Part shown: piece by piece, positions 25,767 to 38,878 of the stretch
Layout of the letters: every line of letters starts with the position of its first letter
How positions within the stretch are numbered: position 1 is the stretch's first letter
Source of the DNA: Geosiphon pyriformis uo1
Lineage: Eukaryota > Fungi > Glomeromycota
Assembly: GCA_016748015.1 (NCBI GenBank)
Contig: JAAOMT010000710.1
Span: 310,001 to 374,000, forward strand
Direction: 5' to 3'
Length of the DNA: 64,000 nt
Position numbers and translations under genes: made by a program
Notes under the pieces: generated by a model
Told to the model about the DNA's origin: nothing
Database searches by the model: none
Seen by the model: only the letters and a program-made list of their open reading frames with translations

Positions 25767-28563
25767 ATGAATTATAACGGAATTCGGCAGGCTAAATTTG
25801 CCTGGCTTCACTTTTCCTCTCATTGCATACCTCACAAATTCAGAATACCAAATAGTAGCACTTTGTTTTTTCGATCACGACGATATAGCCATGATCTAGT
25901 CAACCCGATCTCAACTTCAGATTCGCAACAAAGTCTTCCCTTTGTTGCCCCTATTAATATAAGGCTAAAAGAACAGGAGGAACTTTTACGCTTGATTTTC
26001 GATAACTCTGAAACTTGGCGAGCATGGTCCCAAAGTCAAATATTCTCTTTCTTCACTACCAACTCAACAGGTTTATTTAGAAATCCCGAGTTAACAACCC
26101 CCCAATCTTTTCAAGTAGTGGCTGATAAAGTTTTGAATAAAGCAAAATTGTTAGTGGAAAACATTAGCAATGCAAACACCGATAAGGAGTTGCGGCAGGT
26201 CGTTAAGAGTCTTGATAAGCTCTCCAATACCCTGTGTTCGATTATCGATTTGGCCGAATTTGTTAGAACTGCACATCCAGATCAAAATTTTGCTCAAGCT
26301 GCAAATCATGCATATGAATATCTATGCTCTTATATGAACACGCTCAATACAAACACTAAATTATATAAGGTAAAGCTTTTACTCTCTATCGTTTCTAATC
26401 TTCTGAATATCCCTTTCACCAATTCATTATTTCCTATTCATGTTCTTGTATAATAGAACGAAAATTCATCATCATGAAACGCAATATAATATGTGTTGCT
26501 TAATTGTCGTTAATATCCAGGTGCTAAAACGCGTGCTATCAACTTCAAGTATTTCTTCGAAATTTTCTACGGAGGAATTACAAGTTGCAAACGTGTTCTT
26601 GAGAGATTTTGAAAAATCAGGAATACATCTTCCTGCCAAACAACGTGAGAAATTTGTCCAATTGTCGGACAAGATTATTACACTTGGACGTAAATTTTAT
26701 AAGAACCCTTCCACAAAATCAATCCGTCAAATCGAAGTTTCTCCCTTATCCCGCCTTGGAGGATTAACTTCAGATTACATTCAGGGAATTACCATCAAAA
26801 ACAATAACTGTGCTATTATCCCCACTAGTCCATGGGATGCTCAAATGATTTTAAAATATGCGCGGGACGAAGAAGTGAGGAAAGATATGTATGTAGCTTC
26901 GAATTCTGCATCTCGATCTCAACTCTCAACATTAGAGGATTTGTTGAGGACGCGAGCAGAATTGGCAAATTTGATTGGTATGGAAAGCTATGGTCATATG
27001 TTCCTAATTGACAAAATGGTAAAAAGTCCAGGTAGGTCTTTAAAGTGCCCCTACTTTATTTTAAATCTTGAATTGATATTTTATCTATGAGCCCTAAAAT
27101 TTTTTAGATAATGTAAAAACCTTTTTGCGTACTCTGGCTGATCACCATCGCCCCAAAGCATTGAAGGATCTTTTGCTTCTCCAAGAAGCTAAAAGACGAT
27201 ACATTCGACAAAAGACCTTACCTACTATCTGTGCATGGGATCGAGATTACTACACTACTGTCGTACTATCAGAATCATCTTCTCAGCCTTTAGCAGCCAT
27301 CTCTCCTTACTTTTCGATAGGATCTGTTATTCAAGGGCTATCGCAACTTTTCTCTCGATTATACGGTATTTCATTTCAACCAGCTGAGATTTTACCTGGT
27401 GAAGTATGGCATGATGACGTTCGTAAACTTGAGGTGATCGATGAAGCAGAAGGCAAGGTTGGGACAATATATTGTGATTTATTCAATCGTCACGGTAAAT
27501 TCCAAAGCGCCGCTCATTATACTGTAAGATGTTCGCGACGTGTAGATGATGACGATGATTATGAATCTGGACAATCTTCCTATAGATCAGATTTCAATGA
27601 AATTAACAATTTGACTACATATGATCAAGGAGTTGAAATAAAAGGAAAATCAGGACTTTACCAATTACCTGTAGTAGTATTAATGTGCGATTTTAACAAG
27701 GCAAATAATCAAGATCAGCCAACAACTTTAAGTTGGGTCGAAGTTGAGACACTTTTTCATGAAATGGGGCATGCAATGCATTGTGAGTAAAACTTTAATT
27801 CACTTGAAAAATATAGGTTTCCTCATGACTTTTATCCGAACCAAATTACAATTTAAACTTTAAAAATAATTCTAGCAATGATCGGTCGGACCGAATTTCA
27901 TAATGTTTCAGGTAGGTTAAATTTAATTCTTAAAATTTTTATGATTTACTATAACTTACTTTTCTTCTTAACACAGGAACCCGATGTCCTACTGATTTTG
28001 TCGAGCTGCCTTCTATTTTGATGGAGCATTTTGTTTCTTCACCACAAGTTCTTTCACTTTTCGCATATCATTTTGACACCCGTGAACCGATACCTCCTAA
28101 GCTAATTCAATCACATGCAAGAGCCAATTCAACTTTCGCAGCTATAGAGACGCAATCACAAATAGTAATGGCGCTACTTGACCAATTATATCATTCTGAA
28201 CTTGCCAATACACCATCGTTTGATACAACTACAATTTTGGCCAACCTCCAAGATACTGTTGGTATATTCCCATCAGTGCCCAAAACAGCATGGCAAATTC
28301 AATTTGGCCATTTATTTGGTTATGGGTCCGGTTATTATAGTTATCTTTTTGGAAAAGTATTAGCTGGAAAGATATGGAAAGAAATTTTTTCAAAAGATCC
28401 CTTGAGCAGAGACGCAGGTCAAAGATTTCGTGAAGAAGTCTTGAAATGGGGTGGTTCACGAGATCCTTGGATCTGCATTGGAAATGCGCTTAAAGATGAC
28501 AGAATTGTGTCAGGTGATAACGTTTCTATGTCAATAGTGGGGGAGTGGGTTGATTTTCTCTAA
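25767..28563 (+). CDS. OCT1: Mitochondrial intermediate peptidase (M3 family); exons 25767-26369, 26521-27031, 27108-27782, 27876-27911, 27977-28563
   Basis: TLFHEMGHAMHS HExxH motif; motifs IDLAEFVRTAHP, AAHYTVRCSRR, GTRCPTDFVELPS, FGHLFGYGSGYYSY; Arg-rich N-terminus; consistent GT-AG introns. Confidence 0.95.
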
Positions 28564-28915
28564 TACGAATGAAAGCAATTATAGTAAGGATTTAAAAATT
28601 ATGTTAAATTTTCAATAATAAAATATGAATTTCGTGATTTACTAAACATAGTGAAGAAATCTGGCGGAAACTGAGGCTTTTAAGTGTTAATTTGTCGCTG
28701 ATCCCAATGACATTCTTCACAACCTTTAAAAAACAACTTTTTATTGTAAGCTTTGTCGTTCAGTTCCGGATATTCGGGTATGACAAATGATAAAATCCAA
28801 GAACAGAATTCTTTGGCCGAAAAAAACAGCCTTAAAAGATATTTATTGTATCATATTAAGGTTTCTAGAGAAATTGATAAAGGGCTTTCTCACGATATAA
28901 AAAGTGTTCAAAGCT

Positions 28916-30499
28916 ATGTCAAGTAAACCCCTCAACACACGAAGGCCTAAAAATCTGCCGGGACGTCTTGAGATTCCTTCAGCAAACTCCCACTCACCTT
29001 CCTCTTCGGCCCCTTCATCCCTTTCTCCGCTTATCCTGCCAGCATCGAATGCTACAAATAACTCAACTGCTACAACACACCAAATCCTCACTAACGAAAT
29101 CAAAAGTCGAATTTCAAGAGAAAGTGGGAATGGAGCACTACCGCCGGTGAGTGTGCCCACACCTGAAGGTGAAGGTTCTTCAGAATTGAAACCCGAAGAT
29201 TTTCAAGAGTTGCGACGTCTAGGTGAAGGGGCTGGGGGCACTGTAACTAAAGTAGTTTATAAACCTACTGGGAAATTAATGGCTAAAAAGGTATTTGGTT
29301 TGTTTGAATCTTATATTTTGTTTTCACTAGTTCGATAGTTTTTTAATGGGTGAGCTTCATGATACAGTTATACCCTCAAGAATGATCAATCAAACTTCTC
29401 ACTGGTGGACTCTTATATACCATTGTTTATTCATCCTTAGAAAATCAATGTTGAATTTTCACCCGTATTTCATCGACAAATTCTTCGGGAGCTCGAATTT
29501 TTGCAAAAGTGTCATTCACCAAATATTGTTTCATATTATGGGGCTTTTTTGGAAGAAGAAGGGACGTCAATTGGAATCATCATGGAATACTGTGAGGGGG
29601 GAAGTTTGGACGCCATATATAAAGCCGTCAGTGCACGGCAAGGCCGTATTGGAGAAGCTGTTCTAGGAAAGATTGGGGAGTCGGTAAGTCCTGTAGCTCT
29701 TAAAAGATTTGGCTAAAGTCACTTTCTTCTATTTTGAACCTGCCAAATTTTGAATTCTCTCCACTAATTTTTTAGGTACTTCAAGGCCTCGTTTATCTTT
29801 ATAGTCAAAAAATCATTCATCGAGGTCAGTATTTTACCCCAAGAATCTAATTCCCTTATATTTGGGTAACATGACTAAATTTTCCTTTTTTTCGATTCTT
29901 CAGATATCAAACCATCTAATATTCTCGTGACACGACTAGGCGAGATAAAAATTTGTGATCTTGGTGTTTCTGGTCAAGCTGAACATTCCATAGTTGACAC
30001 ATTTTTGGGAACTAGTTATTATATGGCTGTAAGCGAAATTAATTACTACATTTTAACTTCAACAACCCTTTAATCCGATTATTAATAAATAGCCAGAGCG
30101 TATTCAAGGCCAACCATATAGGATATCGTGCGATGTGTGGTCACTAGGATTAACCATAATGGAAGTGGCCCAAAATCGGTTTCCTTACTTGGCTGTGATG
30201 TCGCCAATTGAATTGGTCTCACAGATTGCAAATTCACCAGCGCCTGAATTAACTGATGAATACGAATGGAGTGAGGATTTAAAGCATTTTTTAAAAGTTT
30301 GGTAATGTAGAAATTTCATTTACTTTCTTTAATGTTTAAGTTATTCAAGGTGCTCAATTTTGATAATAGCTTGGAAAAAGATGGAGAAAAACGGCCTACT
30401 CCAAAACAAATGCTTGGTCATCCATTTATTCAACGAGCTGCTTTAAAGCGCGTGAATTTGGAAAAATGGATCAAACAAGTTTGGGAGTGGACTGATTGA
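28916..30499 (+). CDS. MKK1: MAP kinase kinase (Mkk1/Pek1-like); exons 28916-29290, 29441-29683, 29776-29824, 29904-30028, 30093-30301, 30370-30499
   Basis: [33 protein letters not shown], activation loop [18 protein letters not shown] (S-x3-T), N-terminal basic docking motif [13 protein letters not shown]-terminal WIKQVWEW. Confidence 0.88.
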
Positions 30500-31511
30500 T
30501 TTAAACAATAGATGATTTCATTTGGTGTAAGTTAAATATTTTATAGTGTGCATTGATGGTTTCAAATTCTTATTAATTTCGCCATTATTGTTTTAAATTT
30601 TCAAAAGAACATGTTTCGTCACCGGCAAGTCTACTGTTTTTTTCCCCACGCTTTCTGGCAACGATATTGAGAAGCTAGACAAACCAAGCTAAAGAGTGTT
30701 CATTTGTGTCTTTAAAAATGGTGTCCGAAAGGCAAAATTTTAATTTCTATGGATCCAAGCAGTTCTAACTTCCCATATTCCAGCATTTAATCCCGAGGAT
30801 TGGATCACCGAATTTAACCCGTGGATATTTCCTTTACCACAAGATTATTCATTATTGAGCGGCTTCAAACATGGGATTTATGTCACTACGCATTGGTCAC
30901 GTCAGTAATAAAAATTAGTCCAAAATCATATCAATCCTAACTAAATATTCATGGCTCTACTAAAATATGTGCCTCATGATTCGCATGCTAAGAAAAGCTC
31001 GTGTTCATATTATTTATTTGGATATGCTTTTTATTTTATTTCATATCGGACATATGAATTTTTATGATTTCAAATCTGCCTTCGGCGCGATTGGTATGTT
31101 GCGAGAAAATGCCCTTACAGATAATGCGTTTACATAATACTTATTTAATGATGATTATTGCTTTATTAGATTTAGCTCTTTTAACATCAAGAGCTGCTTG
31201 TAGTGTATAATGTTGATACTATTATGGCCATTTCATTTGTTGTTCTCTTCATGTGTGTTCCCAGGAACGGTCCTATCAAGGTTAATAGGTAGTGTAGCAC
31301 AAAGTAACATTGACCGTGGAACTTCAACCAAGATTTCACATATAATAACCACGCATTTTCACCATTCTACACCTATTCCTAATCTTTTAATCCCAAACTC
31401 AAACTTTTCCTGCCTTTCGTTAATTTTTAACTTTGACGCGTAATTGACGGTATTCCATAATACTCAACAAGTTCATCCCTTAAAATATTTGTATTTGTAA
31501 AATCGCTCAAC

Positions 31512-34156
31512 ATGAGCAATACAACAGGAGGCCCAGATTTTGTTAAAAAGCTCTTCAAGTAGGTCTGCCGAATTAGTGGCCGCTTTTTCTCTTATAATGG
31601 GATTTGGTGCCAACAAATTTGGTTTGATAAATAGCAATCCTCTGAATAGAAACTTATTACCGTTCAGCCAAGCTTTTGGAAAACTCATCGTTTTAATCAA
31701 AAATATTAAACTACAATTATTCTTTATTTTACGGCTTTTGAAGAATGCTTGAAGATCAGTCATTTAATGATATTGTCTCTTGGGGAATAAGCGGCGATAG
31801 TTTCGTTGTCAAGGTATAATCAATTTTGTATAAATTGATTAGACCTTTTTAGATAACGCGAACAAAGAAGCTTTTATTTAGTTGATGAATTATGGCTTTT
31901 GATATTTTTACCGCAAACAGGAAATCGACGCCTTCACTAAAACCATTCTTCCTCGGCATTTCAAACATTCGAATTTCGCTAGTTTTGTTCGACAATTGAA
32001 TAAATATGACTTTCACAAAATAAGAAATTCTGATGATGCAAATGCTCCTTATGGGGATCAAGTAGGGACAATTTTACCATTTACCAATCGTGCTAACCCT
32101 GAATAGGAAAATCTATGAAACAAACTGACAATATCATTTATTGATATACACGTTGCACTTGCTTGATTAGGTGTGGGAATTTCGCCATCCAAAATTCCAA
32201 TGTGACAAAAGGGATCAGCTGGATAACATCAAGGTTAGTAAGATCTTTCCTTTTATGGGCTGATTTAAGTTATAATTAATTTGCTCTAATCTTTTAACTA
32301 ATTTTGGCTATAGAGGAAAACTCCATCCGGTCGTAAGACAACATTGCCAAACCCTATCGATGAAATTCCTCCCAATATTCACCTTAATGAATTACAAGCA
32401 CAAGTCAGCAATTTAACAAAGCTTCAAACGAATATGAACAATCATTTGCATTCATTAAGCAAAAATTATCATACCGTTGTACAAGATTTGTTAAACTTTC
32501 AAAAGAACATGGTCGCTCAAGATCAATTGATGCAAAACTTGGTCCAATATTTGGTGACTCAAGAAGCAGGTTTGTGTGAAAATGCTTTATTGAATAATTA
32601 TCTTGATGATTTGCAAATAATAAGTTAATCTACTTACCCTACCACTCCATTTGTGCATATTTATATTTCAAAAGACAAATCTGCAAATTTAGCATCAATT
32701 AATCGGTCTTACCAAGGGTTATCTGCTGATGGTTCTGCTCCTTTTATTCCATCAGAACAAGCACAAAAACTCATTAATTCCTATACCGAAGTTTCTCGAG
32801 CATCTTTTGATCAAATGAATGAAATCTCAAGACGTGCACAACAATCATTCAATCAACTTAACAGTGAAAATGACATCGATGGCAAACCCTTATCGACCTC
32901 AACAGGATCAAATTCCCCGATAACACCACCCCCAGAATTTGGCTCGGAATTGGGACCCCAGCAAAGAAATTCTGACAATATCAGTGGCACCGTTGAATTA
33001 AATAATTTCCACAACATGCAACAAAATCTTGGTAATACCTTGTCTACCCCCCATAATAATTCGACTCCCCCTGTCCAAAGGAATAATCATTTAATTCAGA
33101 TGTCGGAAAACTATTCACAAAATTCTTCGGAACATGCAATAAATCCGACATATTCCGATAGCGGATTAACGGTCGTAACTGTAGGACATTTGACGCCTCG
33201 TCAAACTCACGCTGTACCAAACCCTGAATCAGTAACAAAATCTACCTCTAGTTTACCAACCCCGCATGTGCCACATATTGACAATACAATTACAAAACGC
33301 GACTCGAATACCTTACGTGTTCGACGAAGTACATTTGTTCCGGTATGGTCTGTACCACCAAAAGTTTTATTAGTTGAAGATGATGCTATTTATCAGAATA
33401 TCGGATCAAAGTTTCTTCAGATATTTGGTTGTACAATTGATATCGCGGCCGATGGAATGACAGCGGTCGACAAGATGAATTTAGAGAAATATGATCTTGT
33501 GCTGATGGACATTATTTTGCCAAATTTAGATGGTAATTCAACCTTTCTTTTATAATGATATTAATATTTATTTTGCTTTTCATTAATCTAAATTTTTTAA
33601 AGGTGTGGAAGCCACTACACAAATTCGACGATTTGATTCTAATACTCCCATCATTAGTATGACTTCAAATACCACTGCCCAAGATTGTTACAATTATATA
33701 TCCCATGGCATGAATGATATATTGCCTAAACCTTTCTCCAAAAACAATTTACTTACTATGTTGGAAAGGTATTGTGTACATCTTAAAGTTCTCCCAACTT
33801 TTCAAGAAGTTCACCGGCCACTTGCACTCCAAAACCAAGCTCTTGTACCAAGTAATCAACTAATAACACCTCCAGTTGTTCATACATCCGGGGAGTTAAA
33901 TGTTGGTGACACATGGATACCATCACAATTTCCAGGTGGTGTCCCAAATGATCGATCTTTTGTTTCCGCGACACAAGTGAACACAATCAATGGTGAGGAT
34001 TATTTAAATATGATGAATAACTTAATGGGAATGACTACGACAGGACAAGTTGCTGGGTCGGTTCGATATGTCGATCAAATCTACAGTGGTTACGAAGAAG
34101 GGCAAGAGGATGGACGCCAATCTAAACGCGCCAAGTTTGAAGTTTTGGACGAATAA
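31512..34156 (+). CDS. SKN7: HSF-domain response-regulator transcription factor (Skn7/Prr1)
   Basis: Spliced HSF DNA-binding domain ([52 protein letters not shown]), coiled coil, and receiver domain ([27 protein letters not shown]). Confidence 0.93.
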
Positions 34157-36932
34157 GCGACTGATTAAAGATTTCAATCCCGAATCTCTGAGTTCAACTT
34201 TTTACAAAGTGATCGGATTTTGATTTTATTAATTTCTTTATGTTCGAACTTCGTTTTGGGTGGATTGACTCTGGCTTTGACCAAGACTGTAAATATTAAA
34301 TACCTAATTTTTATTCAATAGAATATGATAAGTGGTTATCATCTTCACTAAGCGTGACTCTAATATTATTTTTGGAAAATGAGAAAACTAATAATTAAGA
34401 ATGAGATTTGTAATTGCAGTTTTAAGATGTACATGTATCATTGTCTATAGACAAAATAATAAGATCTGCACAGTGCTGCATTATTTATTATCCTCGACTT
34501 TTCGCTAATGAGCACAAAGTACTGAGATTATCGAATGCGGAAATTAGAATATTTCGCTCCCACTCATTTGTTCTTTTCAGTCAGCGATAAACATTGTTAT
34601 CAAAATTATGTTGTTTCGTATGTTTGGTTAGTTGCCAAATTTTAAATCTTCATTTTACTAGTTAAATCGACCGATTTTTGAAAAATTTTAGATTCATGAA
34701 TTTTCGTTCATTGTTCAGTTTTCAGTAAATATTGAGTTTTTTTTATTTTGGCATAAAAATTAAGGAAGGTGGGTTAAGATGAATTTGTTTACTATTATAA
34801 ATATTAAGGTTATAATAAAAATAAACACGATATTTAGAATCATGAGAATGTAGGATTATTTGTTTGTGAATACTCTATTGGGTTTGGTATAGAGTCACGA
34901 TTTAATTTCAGGTTCTTGCATTACGTAATATAGAGTTTTGAATTCATCAGAAAAAGGATGGATGGTGATTTAGGAAAAAGGGTAATAAACTTGTAAAACC
35001 TTAAAAGTGTGAGAAAAAGCAAACCCAATTCACTAACAGCATTAATTAGATTTTCCCATGTTACTCGACATTTTCTATGTAACTGGTAATTGGATGTCTC
35101 GTGTTGTAAGAAATTAAAAATTCTATGCAAACTGCTGGATAAATTAAAGTTTAATGGTGGTGTATTATTAATTAGATTACATTTCTACCATGAATTGTAA
35201 CACCAACAATAATAGGCAATACTAAGCATTGATATTATTTCCTACTCCATCAAGCAATACCCGGAGAAAGATCCATTTTCATCGCTATCCCACAATTCCC
35301 GGTAGTTGTAAACTTTGGACCCTCACGATTCTTTGGATGTTGCCACATTGACTACAAGTCTTGGATGTGTAAACTTCGTTCTGGATAATAACAGGGATTT
35401 CATTGCTCGGCCTTGTTGATCAGACGATGTCATTTTACGGACAGTTTTTCGTGTAATCTTTTTCGTCTTGCGAATTACCATTTCCGACACTCCAAAAGGA
35501 GGAATGACAATAGCGTCGAATTCATGAGTAAAGAATCTAACCGATTTCCGGGGAATTTTACATTGGAGATGTATAACCTTTCGCTGCATGGGAAAAATTG
35601 CCTTATCGAGTCGCCGGGAAATTTTAATCTTAAGTTTTGAGATCGCCCAAATGCGAATTATAAGTCCAATAGATTGTTCGCTGTTTTGGATCTCGTATAC
35701 CCAGACAAACTTCCACTCGTTATTTTGCAAGACATTATCTTGTGAGGAACGGGCCACCTATTACTATACCTCTTTTTTTTCGAAATGAAGCACGATTGTC
35801 ATTATCTAGAATGGTGGTAGGCTTATAACGATGTGTGACCTAGAAACGGTTCCATGTGGATTTCGAAAAATTCTGCGGACGAATTATCATTTTTGTTGCA
35901 GATCGAAATTATAGTATGCTGATAGGCCTTGCCGATTCGCATTACGCTTAATTACTTCTTCGCTAGCAATCGATGCTTCATCGATAATATTCGCCGTGAT
36001 ATCCCGAAGCAAAATTCCAAGACACACAACAATCCATTGCTTCAAGAGCTGCTTTTGAGGATGGTTCAGTTACACTTAAACGTATCTTGGATTACTGTTG
36101 TTTTTCTCTTGCACTTTTTGCTTATTTTGAAACTTTTGTCAATGGCAGATAAAAACTGTTTGTAAAAATGTTTTATGAGAATTCATGCTTGTCAAGAGTT
36201 TTGTAAATTAGAAGAAAAAAATATTTGAAAGAGGTCAAAGGCAAATTGAAAAAGTCTATAACAGTAAATAACAAAAATTACTAAAATCGTTTTACAATTT
36301 GTTTTTTCGAATAGAATTTTTTAGTTTTTTAAAATTGATACTTGATTCAATATCATTAAATTGAAAATCAAAGAAAAAAAGAAACTGATTTTGTTATTCA
36401 AAAAAAAAAAATTGGTTTTCGCATTAAAAAATACAAAAATATGATTATAATGGTTGCAATCTATTAAAATGTTATTTTTATTGGTAAAACAAAGATAAAA
36501 ACGATTGTATCAACATTTTTGAAAAATTTAATAACATAAAAATTTTCAATAAATTTTCTCAATTGCTTGATGTGCAAATAATCTATGAAAAAGGTATAAA
36601 AAAGCAAATAAAAATTTTGATTTAAAGCATTAAAATGAATAATTATTTCAAATAACAATAAAGAAAAAAAAACAGCAATAAAAAATGAGAAAAAAATTAA
36701 AAAATACTAATTTTTTTTTTTTAATTCTCGATTAAATTAATGACAAATAATAATAATAATAATAATAATAAAAGCAGCAAAAGAAGAAAAAAACGGTAGC
36801 AAAAAAAAATTGATCTTGAAAAATAAACAAATCAAACAACCCAAAAAATAAGTGTTTTTATTGACTATTTTTTTTAAATAACAATGGAAAATGACAATAG
36901 AAAATGACAATAGAAAATAGAATAGCAACAAT

Positions 36933-37331
36933 TAGGTCGAGTCATGAAAAATTTTCATTTTTAAGAAATCGAGTCGAGTTTAGTAGCCTATGACCTGACT
37001 TGACTCTTTACTTGTCATGTGTAGAAATTTTATTGATAAAATTTTTATTCCCATTAATGAGGTAGTACTCTTTTTATATCTTGGCTATTAAAAAACAAAT
37101 AATAATTAATTAATAAAAGCATATTTTTATAATTGAAAATACTTAATTGCAAAAGCTACATTTAGCTTTTTCATTGCTAAATTGCTCATAAAAATTCCAA
37201 ATCCATGCTTTCTTCTTTTTTTCAGTTATAGTAACTACAGTATCTACTTCAGAATATTTATAACTCAAACTCGACTCTTATGAGTCAGGTACTGAGTCAA
37301 AGAGAGTTGATTCGATTATTTTGGAGCTTTA
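36933..37331. mobile_element. Putative non-autonomous hAT-like element (MITE), ~400 bp
   Basis: 8-bp direct repeat GCAACAAT at 36925-36932 and 37332-37339; ends TAGG...CTTTA; clustered GAGTC/GACTC subterminal motifs at both ends. Confidence 0.55.
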
Positions 37332-37407
37332 GCAACAATATTAAAACAAATAAAAAGTAATAAGCAACTGATTGGTATATTTATTAATAATATATATTAG
37401 GCAAATT

Positions 37408-37408
37408 C

Positions 37409-37454
<46 letters not shown>
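37408..37454. repeat. (TTA)n microsatellite
   Basis: Seen directly. Confidence 0.9.
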
Positions 37455-37627
37455 TAATTATATATTTATTAATATATACTTTTAAAAAACTTTTTATTAT
37501 AATTTAAAAATTATTTATTTATATACTTATGAAAACTTATTAATTAAAAATAATTCAAGTAATCATTACATTTAATTATAAACAAAATCAATATTGTACT
37601 TTTTTAAAATTTATTATGTTAATAAAA

Positions 37628-37658
<31 letters not shown>

Positions 37659-38482
37659 TAAAAAATTATTTAAAACTTGATTACAAATTTTTAATGTTAT
37701 ATTACAATAAGTTAATTATACTGATATAATTAAATTACATTAAAAATAAATATAACCAATTTTTTTTTTAATATTTAATAATAAATATTATAATATAATT
37801 TAAATTTTAAAATAAATTTACACACTTATACAAATAGAAATTAATTTTTTTATTTTTAATTGAAATTATGATTATTTTAAAGTATTTAAAACCAAATTTA
37901 TTAAAATTTTAATTAACATAATTATAATATTTAAAATAAGTTTTTAAGATTTGCAAAAAATTTAGATAAAAAATAAAAATAATAAAAAATAAAAACTAGA
38001 ATAATAAATACTTTTATGGTTAATCATTTTTTAATTTTTTGGTTGATATTTTTTTTTTGTAAATATTTACGTTATAAAAAAAAATAAACTTTAATAATAA
38101 TAATAATAATAATAACGAGTTCGAATAAAAAGTTATCTTAATATCGTTATTAATTTTTTGGAATTCCAACTATCTTTATTAAGCCATTATTCTTTGAGTT
38201 AAGATTATTTGTCTTTACTTTGCAAAAAAAAAAAAAAATTCAATTTTAAAAAAGCACAAAATTTATTTAAAATTCAAAAATCAAAAAATAAATGAAAGTT
38301 GTGTTCTTTTATTTAATCACTAGACTTTTTATTATTAAACAAATTAATCATATATAGTGAAAGATAAAAACCTAAATTTTTTTAAAGTCAGAGTTTTTTG
38401 AGTAATATTTAATCAAAATGAAAAATTTTATTACTTGTACACCGGTTTTCGATAACTTATATTGGATATAAATTCCCTCTTT

Positions 38483-38539
38483 AAATCCCACATGACACAA
38501 TAAGGGTATATATAAATAATAATAAAAAGTAAATTTAGA
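38483..38539 (+). promoter_or_regulatory. Upstream Pol III promoter of the truncated U6 copy (TCCCACAT element plus TATA)
   Basis: Near-identical to the region upstream of full U6 (CACATGACACAATAAG.GTATATATAAATAAT); TATA about 25-33 bp upstream of +1. Confidence 0.65.
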
Positions 38540-38606
38540 GTCCTCTTCGGAGTGACACTTATTAAAATTGGAACGATACAGTTGCCTTTGGGTAACAATG
38601 TTTTTT
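38540..38606 (+). ncRNA. Internally deleted U6 snRNA copy (mini-U6 or pseudogene)
   Basis: First 42 nt are identical to U6 at 41407-41366 and join directly to the 3' hairpin TTGCCTTTGGGTAAC and a T6 run; the 55-nt core is missing. Confidence 0.85.
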
Positions 38607-38878
38607 CGAATACAATAAGTTCCTAGAAGATAAAGAAAGATTTGCTTTTGAAATTAATACGCTCGTGGTATTTAAAAACTATTTTAAATTTTGATTTTCT
38701 CCTCGTTATAAATTGATAAACCTTTCAAAAATAAAAATATCTTTTTATTTTGATTATCGTATAATTCATTATGATTTCAGGGGATACAGTTTGCTCAATA
38801 AAAACCAGTTTATTGCAAATTACTTTTTTTTTATCCCTTATCATATCACCAAGATTTAGGGAAAATTTTTTTCTAAAT

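Noticed and set aside
30780-30905. Short direct repeat (TTTAAyCCCGwGGAT-like) and CCAAT/CACGTCA motifs upstream of SKN7
   Set aside because: Short motifs expected by chance; no comparative support.
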